Positions 9,255 through 16,943 are shown, numbered from the stretch's first letter. The stretch is 36,043 nt of DNA from Candidatus Omnitrophota bacterium (GCA_018822885.1 JAHJJA010000037.1:1-36043); one strand, 5' to 3'. The notes: a model not told the origin generated them from the letters alone. Program-made: numbers and translations.

Positions 9255-9384
9255 AAAAATAAGTTTAAAAGACAGGGCAATGCATTGGTTTACGTATCAC
9301 CCTTGGCTTAAGTTGATCGCGTTAATCCTTGCGGTAATGGTTTGGTTTTATATCAGGGAAGAGCTCAACAGGTTTAATTACTGA
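9247..9384 (+). CDS. 45-aa single-TM protein resembling the membrane anchor of CdaR (YbbR); not in the ORF track
   Basis: MSKKISLKDRAMHWFTYHPWLKLIALILAVMVWFYIREELNRFNY*; overlaps the cdaA end and stops 1 nt before the pdxJ ATG; LK-x-x-AL-x-LA-x-x-x-WFY pattern. Confidence 0.75.
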   Translation: MSKKISLKDRAMHWFTYHPWLKLIALILAVMVWFYIREELNRFNY

Positions 9385-9385
9385 T

Positions 9386-10099
9386 ATGCCAAAGCTTGGT
9401 GTAAACATCGATCATGTTGCCACGCTGCGCCAGGCCCGAAAGGGGATTGATCCCGAGCCTGTTTTCGCGGCTTTTATTTGCGAGTCTGCAGGAGCAGATA
9501 GCATTGTGGTACATTTGCGCGAGGACCGAAGGCACATACAAGACAGTGACCTGCATGCTTTGAGGCAGACAGTAAAAACAAGATTGAATATGGAGATGTC
9601 CATTGCTTCGGAGATAGTGGATATTGCCTGCAAGCTTAAGCCTGACCAATCGACTCTTGTCCCGGAGAAGAGGCAGGAGTTGACTACTGAAGGCGGCCTT
9701 AATGTTTTTAAGAATTTCAAGAAGATCAAAACTGCTCTAGAGAAGTTGGGCAGGCATGGAATCAAAGTAAGTCTGTTTATAGACCCCGATAAAAAACAGA
9801 TCGATGCCGCAAAAAAAATCGGCGCAAAAATAGTCGAATTGCACACCGGTAGATACGCAGACGCGAAAAGCCAGGAAGAACAAGAGAAGTATTTTCAGGA
9901 ATTAAAATCCGCGGTCAGCTACGCTAAAAGTAAACGTCTTATCGTTTGCGTCGGGCATGGGCTTAATTACAGTAATGTGGCGAGGGTAGCGAAATTAAAA
10001 GGGATCCAAGAACTTAATATAGGGTATTCTATTGTCTGTCGTGCGGTATTGGTGGGTTTAGAACATGCCGTGCAGGAGATGAAGGCCTTGATTGGCTAG
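9386..10099 (+). CDS. pdxJ: Pyridoxine 5'-phosphate synthase
   Basis: LGVNIDHVATLRQAR, HLREDRRHI, TTEGGL, ELHTG, GHGL. Confidence 0.97.
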   Translation: MPKLGVNIDHVATLRQARKGIDPEPVFAAFICESAGADSIVVHLREDRRHIQDSDLHALRQTVKTRLNMEMSIASEIVDIACKLKPDQSTLVPEKRQELTTEGGLNVFKNFKKIKTALEKLGRHGIKVSLFIDPDKKQIDAAKKIGAKIVELHTGRYADAKSQEEQEKYFQELKSAVSYAKSKRLIVCVGHGLNYSNVARVAKLKGIQELNIGYSIVCRAVLVGLEHAVQEMKALIG

Positions 10100-10112
10100 G
10101 GCTATATAAACC

Positions 10113-10472
10113 ATGATTATAGGCACAGGCGTTGATATTACCGAAGTGAGGCGTTTAGAAAAAGCAGTAGAAAGATGGGGCGATGCCTTTTTAAATAGGG
10201 TCTTTACCGTCCAGGAATTAGAGAACGCGAAGAAAAGAGGTAGTTTCTATCAGCATCTAGCCGGCAGGTTCGCGGCCAAGGAAGCTATATTTAAGGCAAT
10301 AGGAGATCCGGAATTGAATTGGAAGGAAGTCCAGATAGTAAACGATGCCAGCGGAAAGCCTCTTTGCGAGATCCTAAAGGCAAAACACAAGAAGATCTGT
10401 GCGTTAATATCTATTTCTCACGTAAAAAATTATGCGGTTGCCAACGCGATTGTCACGAAGAAGGGCCGATAG
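10113..10472 (+). CDS. acpS: Holo-ACP synthase
   Basis: GTGVDI, AGRFAAKEA, GKP, ISISH. Confidence 0.95.
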   Translation: MIIGTGVDITEVRRLEKAVERWGDAFLNRVFTVQELENAKKRGSFYQHLAGRFAAKEAIFKAIGDPELNWKEVQIVNDASGKPLCEILKAKHKKICALISISHVKNYAVANAIVTKKGR

Positions 10473-11283
10473 CCACAAGGGGGATTTTGGCAGTATTTTT
10501 ATTCTTGCCGGCTCATCACGTTTTTCAGGGGCAGCTGCTTTATGCGCAGAGGGCGCATTGCGTTCAGGCGCAGGCCTGGTTACGCTTGGGATCCCCAAGG
10601 GGATCAATAGCGCTCTAATAAAAATAAAGCCTAAAGAAGTCATGACCTTGCCTTTACCAGAGACTTCCGAAGGCGCTCTAAGCCTATCCGGTTATAAGAA
10701 AATAAAAGATTTTTCAAAAGATATCGATGTGGTAGTCGTAGGGCCCGGCTTAGGGCAGGAAAAATCTACGCGAGGATTAGCGCGTAAGATTGTTTATGGA
10801 ATAAATAAGCCCATGGTTATTGATGCGGATGGGCTTAATGCGCTAGTGGGGCATCTAAAAAGGGCAGGCAACTCACAGGTTAAAATATTTACTCCGCATC
10901 CTGGTGAGATGGCAAGGCTTTTGGGTATCAGCGTAAAAGAGCTACAGAAGAAAAGAAAAAAGGTTGCTAAAAGCTTTGCGGTTCATTATAATGTAACAAT
11001 TGTTCTTAAAGGTAAAGGCACGGTAGTCGCTGCTGCCGACGGAAGATTATATTTGAATAAGACCGGTAATCCCGGGATGAGTACAGCAGGAAGCGGAGAT
11101 GTTTTGACCGGCATAATCGCAGCGTTTTTGGGGCAGGGTTTAGATGCGTTTTGCGCAGCCAAATACGCAGCTTACCTGCATGGTTTAGCCGGAGATATAG
11201 CGGCAAGAGAGAAGACGCAAATTTCCTTGATTGCCTCCGATATTATTGCTAAAATCCCACAGGCAATTAAAAAGAGTATTTAA
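10432..11283 (+). CDS. nnrD: ADP-dependent NAD(P)HX dehydratase (no fused epimerase domain)
   Basis: HKGDFG, GAGLV, GPGLG, DADGLN, TPHPGEM, TAGSGDVL; overlaps acpS by 41 nt. Confidence 0.92.
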   Translation: MRLPTRLSRRRADSHKGDFGSIFILAGSSRFSGAAALCAEGALRSGAGLVTLGIPKGINSALIKIKPKEVMTLPLPETSEGALSLSGYKKIKDFSKDIDVVVVGPGLGQEKSTRGLARKIVYGINKPMVIDADGLNALVGHLKRAGNSQVKIFTPHPGEMARLLGISVKELQKKRKKVAKSFAVHYNVTIVLKGKGTVVAAADGRLYLNKTGNPGMSTAGSGDVLTGIIAAFLGQGLDAFCAAKYAAYLHGLAGDIAAREKTQISLIASDIIAKIPQAIKKSI

Positions 11284-11284
11284 C

Positions 11285-11357
11285 GCCGGCGTAGCTCAGT
11301 TGGTAGAGCAATTGTTTTGTAAACAATGGGTCGGGGGTTCGATTCCTCTCGCCGGCT
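11285..11357 (+). tRNA. tRNA-Thr (TGT)
   Basis: GCCGGCG/CGCCGGC acceptor, ATTGT-TTTGTAA-ACAAT anticodon arm, GGTTCGATTCC. Confidence 0.95.
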
Positions 11358-11439
11358 AATTTTGACATTCAAACAAAAGTCGAGGGGTTCTCCCACCGGC
11401 TTTTCTAAAGTCACATGTTTAAATGTTGCACGTATCGAT

Positions 11440-11468
11440 CTTGTGCCTTGTGTTTTGTAACTTGTGAC
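11440..11468. repeat. Degenerate heptamer tandem repeat (CTTGTGN; GTCACAA family on the minus strand)
   Basis: CTTGTGC CTTGTGT TTTGTAA CTTGTGA. Confidence 0.65.
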
Positions 11469-11491
11469 AAATATACATTTTGATATTTAAT

Positions 11492-11774
11492 GGGCAGGTA
11501 CCCAAGTGGCCAAAGGGGGCAGACTGTGTAAACGCAGCGTCCCGCTGAAAAGCAGGATGGAAAAGTAGGTGAATTCAGGGGATCCCTTGGCAAGTTTTGT
11601 CGAGGGGAATCCTGAGCCAAGCCCTGAGTCATTTCAGGGAAGGTGCAGAGACTAAGCGCCTACCGCCTAAAGCTAAAAGCTATGGTGATGAGATAGTCCA
11701 AGCCTCAAGGTAACTTGAGGGCACTTGAAATCTGTTGCACTAGTGCTTCAGAGGTTCGAATCCTCTCCTGCCCA
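11492..11774 (+). tRNA. tRNA-Tyr (GTA), intron-containing; exons 11492-11527 and 11728-11774
   Basis: Joined exons give an 83-nt cloverleaf: GGGCAGG/CCTGCCC+A, anticodon arm GCAGA-CTGT^AAA-TCTGT, long variable arm, AGAGG-TTCGAAT-CCTCT; conserved Thr(TGT)-Tyr-Gly(TCC) order. Confidence 0.93.
11528..11727 (+). ncRNA. Group I self-splicing intron (IC3-like, 200 nt, no ORF) in the tRNA-Tyr anticodon
   Basis: Core elements P AATTCAGGGGA, Q AATCCTGAGC, R GCAGAGACTA, S GATAGTCCA; P1 with U.G at the 5' splice site; terminal G; P2-P9 all pair. Confidence 0.93.
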
Positions 11775-11825
11775 TTTAAATTTTCCAGTACTGCAGTGAG
11801 TGTAGTGTTCAGAAAGAGGCGGCAT

Positions 11826-12083
11826 ATGCCTAAGAAAAAGATCCCATGGTTGGCAGCTGTCTTAAATATACTTGTTAACGGACTGGGTTATATTTATATC
11901 GGCAAGAGAAAGGCATTCGGTTTATTGCTGATGCTGGCGCAGATCTCTACCTGCGTGTGGGTGTTAAAGTCTCAACCTGCCTCTGTTTATTTATTCAGAG
12001 ACTTTTGGATCTCTCTTTCCGGAATCTTGTATTCTGCTGCGTTTGCATTCGACGCCTACAAGTTAGCAAAAGAAACTAACTAG
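11826..12083 (+). CDS. Small membrane protein (85 aa) with TM2-like 'AAVLN..GLGYIYIG' motif
   Basis: ATG 11826 behind AGAGG; three hydrophobic segments; the longer ORF-track start overlaps the tRNA and is rejected. Confidence 0.7.
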   Translation: MPKKKIPWLAAVLNILVNGLGYIYIGKRKAFGLLLMLAQISTCVWVLKSQPASVYLFRDFWISLSGILYSAAFAFDAYKLAKETN

Positions 12084-12094
12084 ACCAGGGCTCT

Positions 12095-12166
12095 GCGGGA
12101 GTAGTTCAGTGGTAGAACACTTGCCTTCCAAGCAAGTCGTCGCGGGTTCGAACCCCGTCTCCCGCT
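12095..12166 (+). tRNA. tRNA-Gly (TCC)
   Basis: GCGGGAG/CTCCCGC acceptor, CTTGC-CTTCCAA-GCAAG, GGTTCGAACCC. Confidence 0.95.
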
Positions 12167-12208
12167 TTTAAAAAAAAGTGGGCAGGGGCCGCAAAAAGGA
12201 GCGTTAAG

Positions 12209-12589
12209 ATGTCGAATAAATTATTAATTGTTGACGACGAAAAAGATGCCAGGGATTTTTTGGGCAACATCCTGATAAGAGAGGGTTACTTTGTAAAAAC
12301 TGCGGCTTCCGGGGAAGAGGCATTAGAGCTCGTCAAAAAAGAAGATTTTGATGCGGTGCTTCTGGATGTGGTAATGTCAGGTATGTCCGGGCTAGAGGTT
12401 TTGAAAAAGTTAAGAGAAACCAAACCCGATTTAATTGTTATTTTACTTACCGCTATCGGCTATGACCAGAAGATGATCGATAAATGCATGGAAGACGGCT
12501 GCTCCGGGTATATAGGAAAGAGCATCCCTGTTTCTCAGATCATAGCCAGTATTAAATTATTTATCGAATCTAAGAAAAGATCAGGTTAA
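12209..12589 (+). CDS. Single-domain response regulator (CheY-like receiver)
   Basis: LIVDDE, LLDVVM phospho-Asp, SGLEVL, LTA, conserved Lys. Confidence 0.9.
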   Translation: MSNKLLIVDDEKDARDFLGNILIREGYFVKTAASGEEALELVKKEDFDAVLLDVVMSGMSGLEVLKKLRETKPDLIVILLTAIGYDQKMIDKCMEDGCSGYIGKSIPVSQIIASIKLFIESKKRSG

Positions 12590-12608
12590 CTTATCTAAGG
12601 GGTATTGT

Positions 12609-13358
12609 ATGACTAAAGAATTTCTGCAGCCTGTCCATATTGACGCTTTTGATTTGGATGATGCCTGGTTCCAGTGTTTATCAGCGATACTGGAGAAGGG
12701 GCATGTTTATAAGATAACAAAGGGTAGTTATGAGGGGCAAAAACGCCTCGAATTTGATTTTGTCACTATTCGGGTGAAAAAACCATCCCATCAGATCATC
12801 CCGATAATCCCGGAGGGGATGAGTATTCCGGCTCCGACGGATATGGATTATATTCAAGGTTATCTAAGTTATCTTTTGACCGGGGCTAAGACCGAGACAG
12901 AAGATTACACTTACGGGGAGAGGCTGGTAGACCCGCGGGTGAAAGTAAGGCAGAATGTGGAAGGCAAGGAGATGGTAAAAGAGATGCCCTTAGATGTGAA
13001 TCAGGTCGAAGAGGTGATCAAACTATATAAGGAAAAAGGTTTCGGCACGAATCAGGCGACAATGGAGATCGGCATGCCTTCGGATATAAAACTGGTTGAT
13101 CCCCCATGCCTTAGGATAATAGATACAAGAGTCCGCTATGGAAAGCTGCATTTTATTTTGTATTTTCGTTCTTGGGATCTATGGGGAGGGTTTCCTTCTA
13201 ATCTTGGAGGCCTTCAATTGGTCAAACAATATATGGCTGAAGAGATCGGAGTAGGGGACGGAGAGATCATCGCGGCAAGTAAGGGTCTGCATCTTTATGA
13301 TTATGCATGGGACCTGGCAAAATTAAGGACAAATAAAAACAACCTGAAAATAGAATGA
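12609..13358 (+). CDS. thyA: Thymidylate synthase, short archaeal-like ThyA family
   Basis: YTYGERL, PPC catalytic Cys, FRSWD...GFPSN, LHLY. Confidence 0.8.
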   Translation: MTKEFLQPVHIDAFDLDDAWFQCLSAILEKGHVYKITKGSYEGQKRLEFDFVTIRVKKPSHQIIPIIPEGMSIPAPTDMDYIQGYLSYLLTGAKTETEDYTYGERLVDPRVKVRQNVEGKEMVKEMPLDVNQVEEVIKLYKEKGFGTNQATMEIGMPSDIKLVDPPCLRIIDTRVRYGKLHFILYFRSWDLWGGFPSNLGGLQLVKQYMAEEIGVGDGEIIAASKGLHLYDYAWDLAKLRTNKNNLKIE

Positions 13359-13768
13359 AAAGACAAAAATATAAAGGTCCTGAACGCAGGGAATTTGTAA
13401 GGCTCGATTATTCAGCCCCTCTTTCTTGCAAAGTCTGTAAAAAAGAAACCGTAGCCAAGATCCTTGAGGGCTATACCGTGAATATAAGCAAATCAGGTCT
13501 GCTTTGCTCTGTGGGAGAGAAGGTGAGGAAGAATGATATTCTGTGGCTTGGTTTTGACCGGAATGCCTTGAGTTTCTGTTCAGTGCTTGAAAAAAGAGCT
13601 CTTGTGTATCAGAACGGTATCATCGGTAAAGTAGTCAGGGTAGAACTTAAGGATGACGGGCGCTATGATATTGGTATCCAGTTTCTTACCCGCGAGGAGA
13701 AAAACTCTACTTTTATTTATTCAAAAGAGTACTTTCTGGAGAAGCAATTAAAAAGTGGAAAAACTTAA
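13355..13768 (+). CDS. PilZ-domain protein
   Basis: ERREFVR (RxxxR), NISKSG (D/NxSxxG), GKVVR, GIQF. Confidence 0.85.
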   Translation: MKRQKYKGPERREFVRLDYSAPLSCKVCKKETVAKILEGYTVNISKSGLLCSVGEKVRKNDILWLGFDRNALSFCSVLEKRALVYQNGIIGKVVRVELKDDGRYDIGIQFLTREEKNSTFIYSKEYFLEKQLKSGKT

Positions 13769-14753
13769 TATTTCAGTTATCGGCGATGGCGGCTGGGGCA
13801 CTACGCTTGCTATTTTACTTAAGCAAAAAGGTTTTGATGTAAGCCTTTGGGGGGCCTTTAGCGATTACGTTTCCTATTTGGATAAGAAAAGGGTGAATTC
13901 AAGATTTTTGCCGGGTATAAAGATCCCTAAAGATATAAAGATTACTAGCGAGTTGAGCGAGGCCTCTTGCGGAAAGCAGCTCTTGGTTTTTGCCGTGCCT
14001 TCGCAGCATATGCGCGAAGTCCTGCAGAAATTAAAAGAATATGATTATCCTCGGGATGCCATTTATTTGAGTGTCACCAAAGGGATTGAAATACGGTCTT
14101 TAAAAAGAATGTCGGAAGTCATTCATGAAGAGCTCGGCGGAGTAAAGTTTGCCGTTCTCTCAGGGCCGACCATTGCCCATGAGGTGGCAAATGGGGTCCC
14201 TACCACGGCAGTGGTGGCTTCGCATGATGAAAAGGTCAGAAAGCTCCTTCAATATATCTTTATGACTGAGAGATTCAGGATTTATACTAATAGCGATGTG
14301 CTTGGGGTTGAGTTGGGCGGAAGCCTTAAAAATATCATCGCAATAGCCTGCGGGATCTCAGATGGGCTTAAATTCGGGACTAACACAAAGGCGGCTATTT
14401 TGTCACGCGGCTTGACTGAAATCTCCAGGCTCGGCCATGTCATGGGAGCTAACGCAGGAACTTTCAGCGGGATAAGCGGTTTAGGTGATTTAGTCACTAC
14501 TTGTATCAGTCAATACAGCAGAAATAGGTTTGTGGGCGAGCAGATCGGCAGAGGAAAGACCTTGAGACAGGTGGAGTCTCGTATGCAGATGGTTGCCGAA
14601 GGAGTCCCCACTGCTAAATCAGCATATGCGTTAAGCCTCAAGTATAAAGTTGAAATGCCTATTACCAAAGAAGTCTACTCTGTGCTTTTTAAGAATAAAT
14701 CACCCCTTAAAGCAGTGCGCGACTTAATGACGCGCGAGAAAAAAGAGGAGTAG
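13755..14753 (+). CDS. gpsA: NAD(P)H-dependent glycerol-3-phosphate dehydrogenase
   Basis: GDGGWGT, LSGPTIA, LKNIIAIA, GLGDLVTTC, SRNR; GTG start. Confidence 0.96.
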   Translation: MEKLNISVIGDGGWGTTLAILLKQKGFDVSLWGAFSDYVSYLDKKRVNSRFLPGIKIPKDIKITSELSEASCGKQLLVFAVPSQHMREVLQKLKEYDYPRDAIYLSVTKGIEIRSLKRMSEVIHEELGGVKFAVLSGPTIAHEVANGVPTTAVVASHDEKVRKLLQYIFMTERFRIYTNSDVLGVELGGSLKNIIAIACGISDGLKFGTNTKAAILSRGLTEISRLGHVMGANAGTFSGISGLGDLVTTCISQYSRNRFVGEQIGRGKTLRQVESRMQMVAEGVPTAKSAYALSLKYKVEMPITKEVYSVLFKNKSPLKAVRDLMTREKKEE

Positions 14754-14771
14754 GGTAGGAAAAAGATATTG

Positions 14772-14846
14772 CGGGGCGTGGCTCAGTTTGGCTAGAGCGC
14801 TTGAATGGGGTTCAAGAGGTCGACAGTTCAAGTCTGTCCGCCCCGA
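14772..14846 (+). tRNA. tRNA-Pro (GGG)
   Basis: CGGGGCG/CGCCCCG+A, CTTGA-ATGGGGT-TCAAG, GACAG-TTCAAGT-CTGTC. Confidence 0.95.
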
Positions 14847-14936
14847 CTTAAATTTGTAACTTTTTGTATGTATCAAATTTAATCCCAAGCTTCCCTTGGT
14901 TGTCAGTCTGAAGCGAAGGGCAAATTCAATTCTTCC

Positions 14937-16382
14937 ATGAAATACAGACACGCCTTATTCCTTAATCCTTACATCGAAAGCAAAGTAAACAGCACGATGA
15001 AGCTGTTTCCTCCTGCCGGCCTTGAATATGTCGCCACAAGCGCCAAGGAGTGCGCGGAAAGAGTCAGCTTGGTCGATCTAAGGCATGAGCAGGAATTGTG
15101 CACAATAGAGGGTTTGCTCGATTTTATTAAAAATGAAGGTGTTGATATTATTTGTGTAGGAATAGGATGGGACCGCCAGTTAAAAGAGATAGCTAAGCTT
15201 CTTAACGAGATGCCGGAAGAAATCCCTTTGATTGTCGGGGGCTATACAGCAACAGAGAAAGTAGAGGAATTGTTTAGTTCTTGTCCTAAGATAGACATTA
15301 TCGTAAGAGGGGAAGGCGAAGAAACGATAAAAGAGATTTTAAAAGGCGTTGCTTATGAGAACATATTGGGCATATCTTACAGAAAGAAAGGAAAAGTCAA
15401 CCATAATCCTAACAGGCCGCTTCCGGAAGTCGATAATATCGTTCCTCCCGAGCGTTCTTTGCGCCGCACAGACTATCATCTGATGTTAAACGGTATCAAT
15501 GTCACCAATATTTCTTTTGATTCTGTTTTAAGCGCGCGCGGCTGCCCTAATAACTGTAAGTTCTGCACTTTTACCATCAATCCTCTGGGGCAGAAGAGGA
15601 ATTATTCTGCTCGCAGCCCGGAATCAGTGGTAGATGAAATAGAGAAGCTTCCGGCAAAGGTGATCTTATTAAGTGATGACAATTTTTTTGCTTACCCAAA
15701 ACGGGCAGAAGAGATCTGTGATTTGATTATTAAGCGAAAACTCAAGAAGCGTTTTCTTGCCCAATCCCGCATCGATATCGCAAGATACCCTCAGTTGCTT
15801 GAAAAAATGGTTAAGGCCGGTTTCAAGGCGTTATTGATCGGTATTGAAAGCCCGCATGACCGCATATTAAAGCAGTTGAATAAAGGCTTTACCGCAGATA
15901 CTGTAAGAAAGGCATTCAGTGTTCTTAAGAAATACCCTATTTATTATCACGGTTATTTTATCTATGGCAACATCACCGAGACCGAAGAGGAGATGCTCTA
16001 TATTGCGGAGTTTGCCAAAGAGATAGGGGTCGACGGCATAACCCTGAATAAATTGAGGATAGAAAAATTCTCGCCGCTTAAAGAGCTTGCCGAAGCGACG
16101 CCCGGATACCATGTCACTGAAAGAGGAGAGCTTTATTCCGATACTTTCAGCCACGCTGACCTAAAGAAAATCGGCAGAAGATTGAGGTTTTCTTTCTATA
16201 CCCCCTCCAGGTTTATGAAGATGCTTTGGAAGAATATTTTTGTGACTAAATTCTTTACCCTAGGTGAATTTTCTATGTTTATTTTGGCAATCCCCAAGCT
16301 CCTTGTGAGCGTTGTGGCGAGAGAGCGCGCGCGAGGCCGACTCGGAGATTCCCTTAAGCGTACTTTCATAAGCAATGCCTAA
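14937..16382 (+). CDS. B12-binding-domain radical SAM protein
   Basis: PPAGLEYVA, GGYTAT, RGEGE cobalamin domain; RGCPNNCKFC (CxxxCxxC); DDNF, GIES. Confidence 0.9.
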   Translation: MKYRHALFLNPYIESKVNSTMKLFPPAGLEYVATSAKECAERVSLVDLRHEQELCTIEGLLDFIKNEGVDIICVGIGWDRQLKEIAKLLNEMPEEIPLIVGGYTATEKVEELFSSCPKIDIIVRGEGEETIKEILKGVAYENILGISYRKKGKVNHNPNRPLPEVDNIVPPERSLRRTDYHLMLNGINVTNISFDSVLSARGCPNNCKFCTFTINPLGQKRNYSARSPESVVDEIEKLPAKVILLSDDNFFAYPKRAEEICDLIIKRKLKKRFLAQSRIDIARYPQLLEKMVKAGFKALLIGIESPHDRILKQLNKGFTADTVRKAFSVLKKYPIYYHGYFIYGNITETEEEMLYIAEFAKEIGVDGITLNKLRIEKFSPLKELAEATPGYHVTERGELYSDTFSHADLKKIGRRLRFSFYTPSRFMKMLWKNIFVTKFFTLGEFSMFILAIPKLLVSVVARERARGRLGDSLKRTFISNA

Positions 16383-16511
16383 ATTTATCCCTTTTTTTGA
16401 GCTACCCGCCTTTTTTAAGCTGATTATCAAAAGACGAAAAATAATTGATTTTCCGACTATCCTGTGTTAATTTATATATCTAAATTAAACCTAATAGCAG
16501 GGGAGGTATAA

Positions 16512-16943
16512 ATGAGTTATACTGGACCTGAGAGGCGAAAAGACAGGGGTAAGGTTTATATGGGTCAGGAAAGGCGCAAGAAAACGCATTTGGAATATTC
16601 CGGCCCGGAGAGAAGAAAACATCCTCGAATAATCAGGCGTTTCATCGTATCTTACCGTATCCTGCAAGAGGAGGATAATGTAGATATATCCCAAACAAAG
16701 AATTTATCTTTGGGAGGGATGCTGCTTACTACAAACAGGCAGTTTAATCCGGGTACACTTTTGGCTTTGCAGATCAGGCTTCCATTTGATGCTGACCCGA
16801 TTTTATTGACAGCAAAGGTGGTAGAGTCTCATCAGGTGACTAAAGGGCTTATCTACGACACCAGAATACAGTTTTTAACGGTGGATGAAAAACATCGCAA
16901 AGCTATCAGTGAGACAGTTGACTATTATTCAAAGAAAGGATGA
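16512..16943 (+). CDS. PilZ-domain protein with triplicated YxGxERRK motif
   Basis: ERRKHPR, NLSLGG, AKVV; strong SD GGAGGT. Confidence 0.85.
   Translation: MSYTGPERRKDRGKVYMGQERRKKTHLEYSGPERRKHPRIIRRFIVSYRILQEEDNVDISQTKNLSLGGMLLTTNRQFNPGTLLALQIRLPFDADPILLTAKVVESHQVTKGLIYDTRIQFLTVDEKHRKAISETVDYYSKKG

Noticed and set aside
11411-11632. 73-aa minus-strand ORF as a homing endonuclease
   Set aside because: Antisense to the tRNA and ribozyme core; no LAGLIDADG, HNH or GIY-YIG motif
11522-11735. Alternative splice registers giving Ser(TGA/GGA) or His(GTG) anticodons
   Set aside because: Only the 35/36 register has U at the 5' exon end paired to G in P1 and G as the last intron base; A73 and the Thr-Tyr-Gly order also support Tyr
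11715-11825. N-terminal extension of the 122-aa ORF
   Set aside because: Overlaps the intron and the tRNA-Tyr 3' exon; ATG 11826 has an SD
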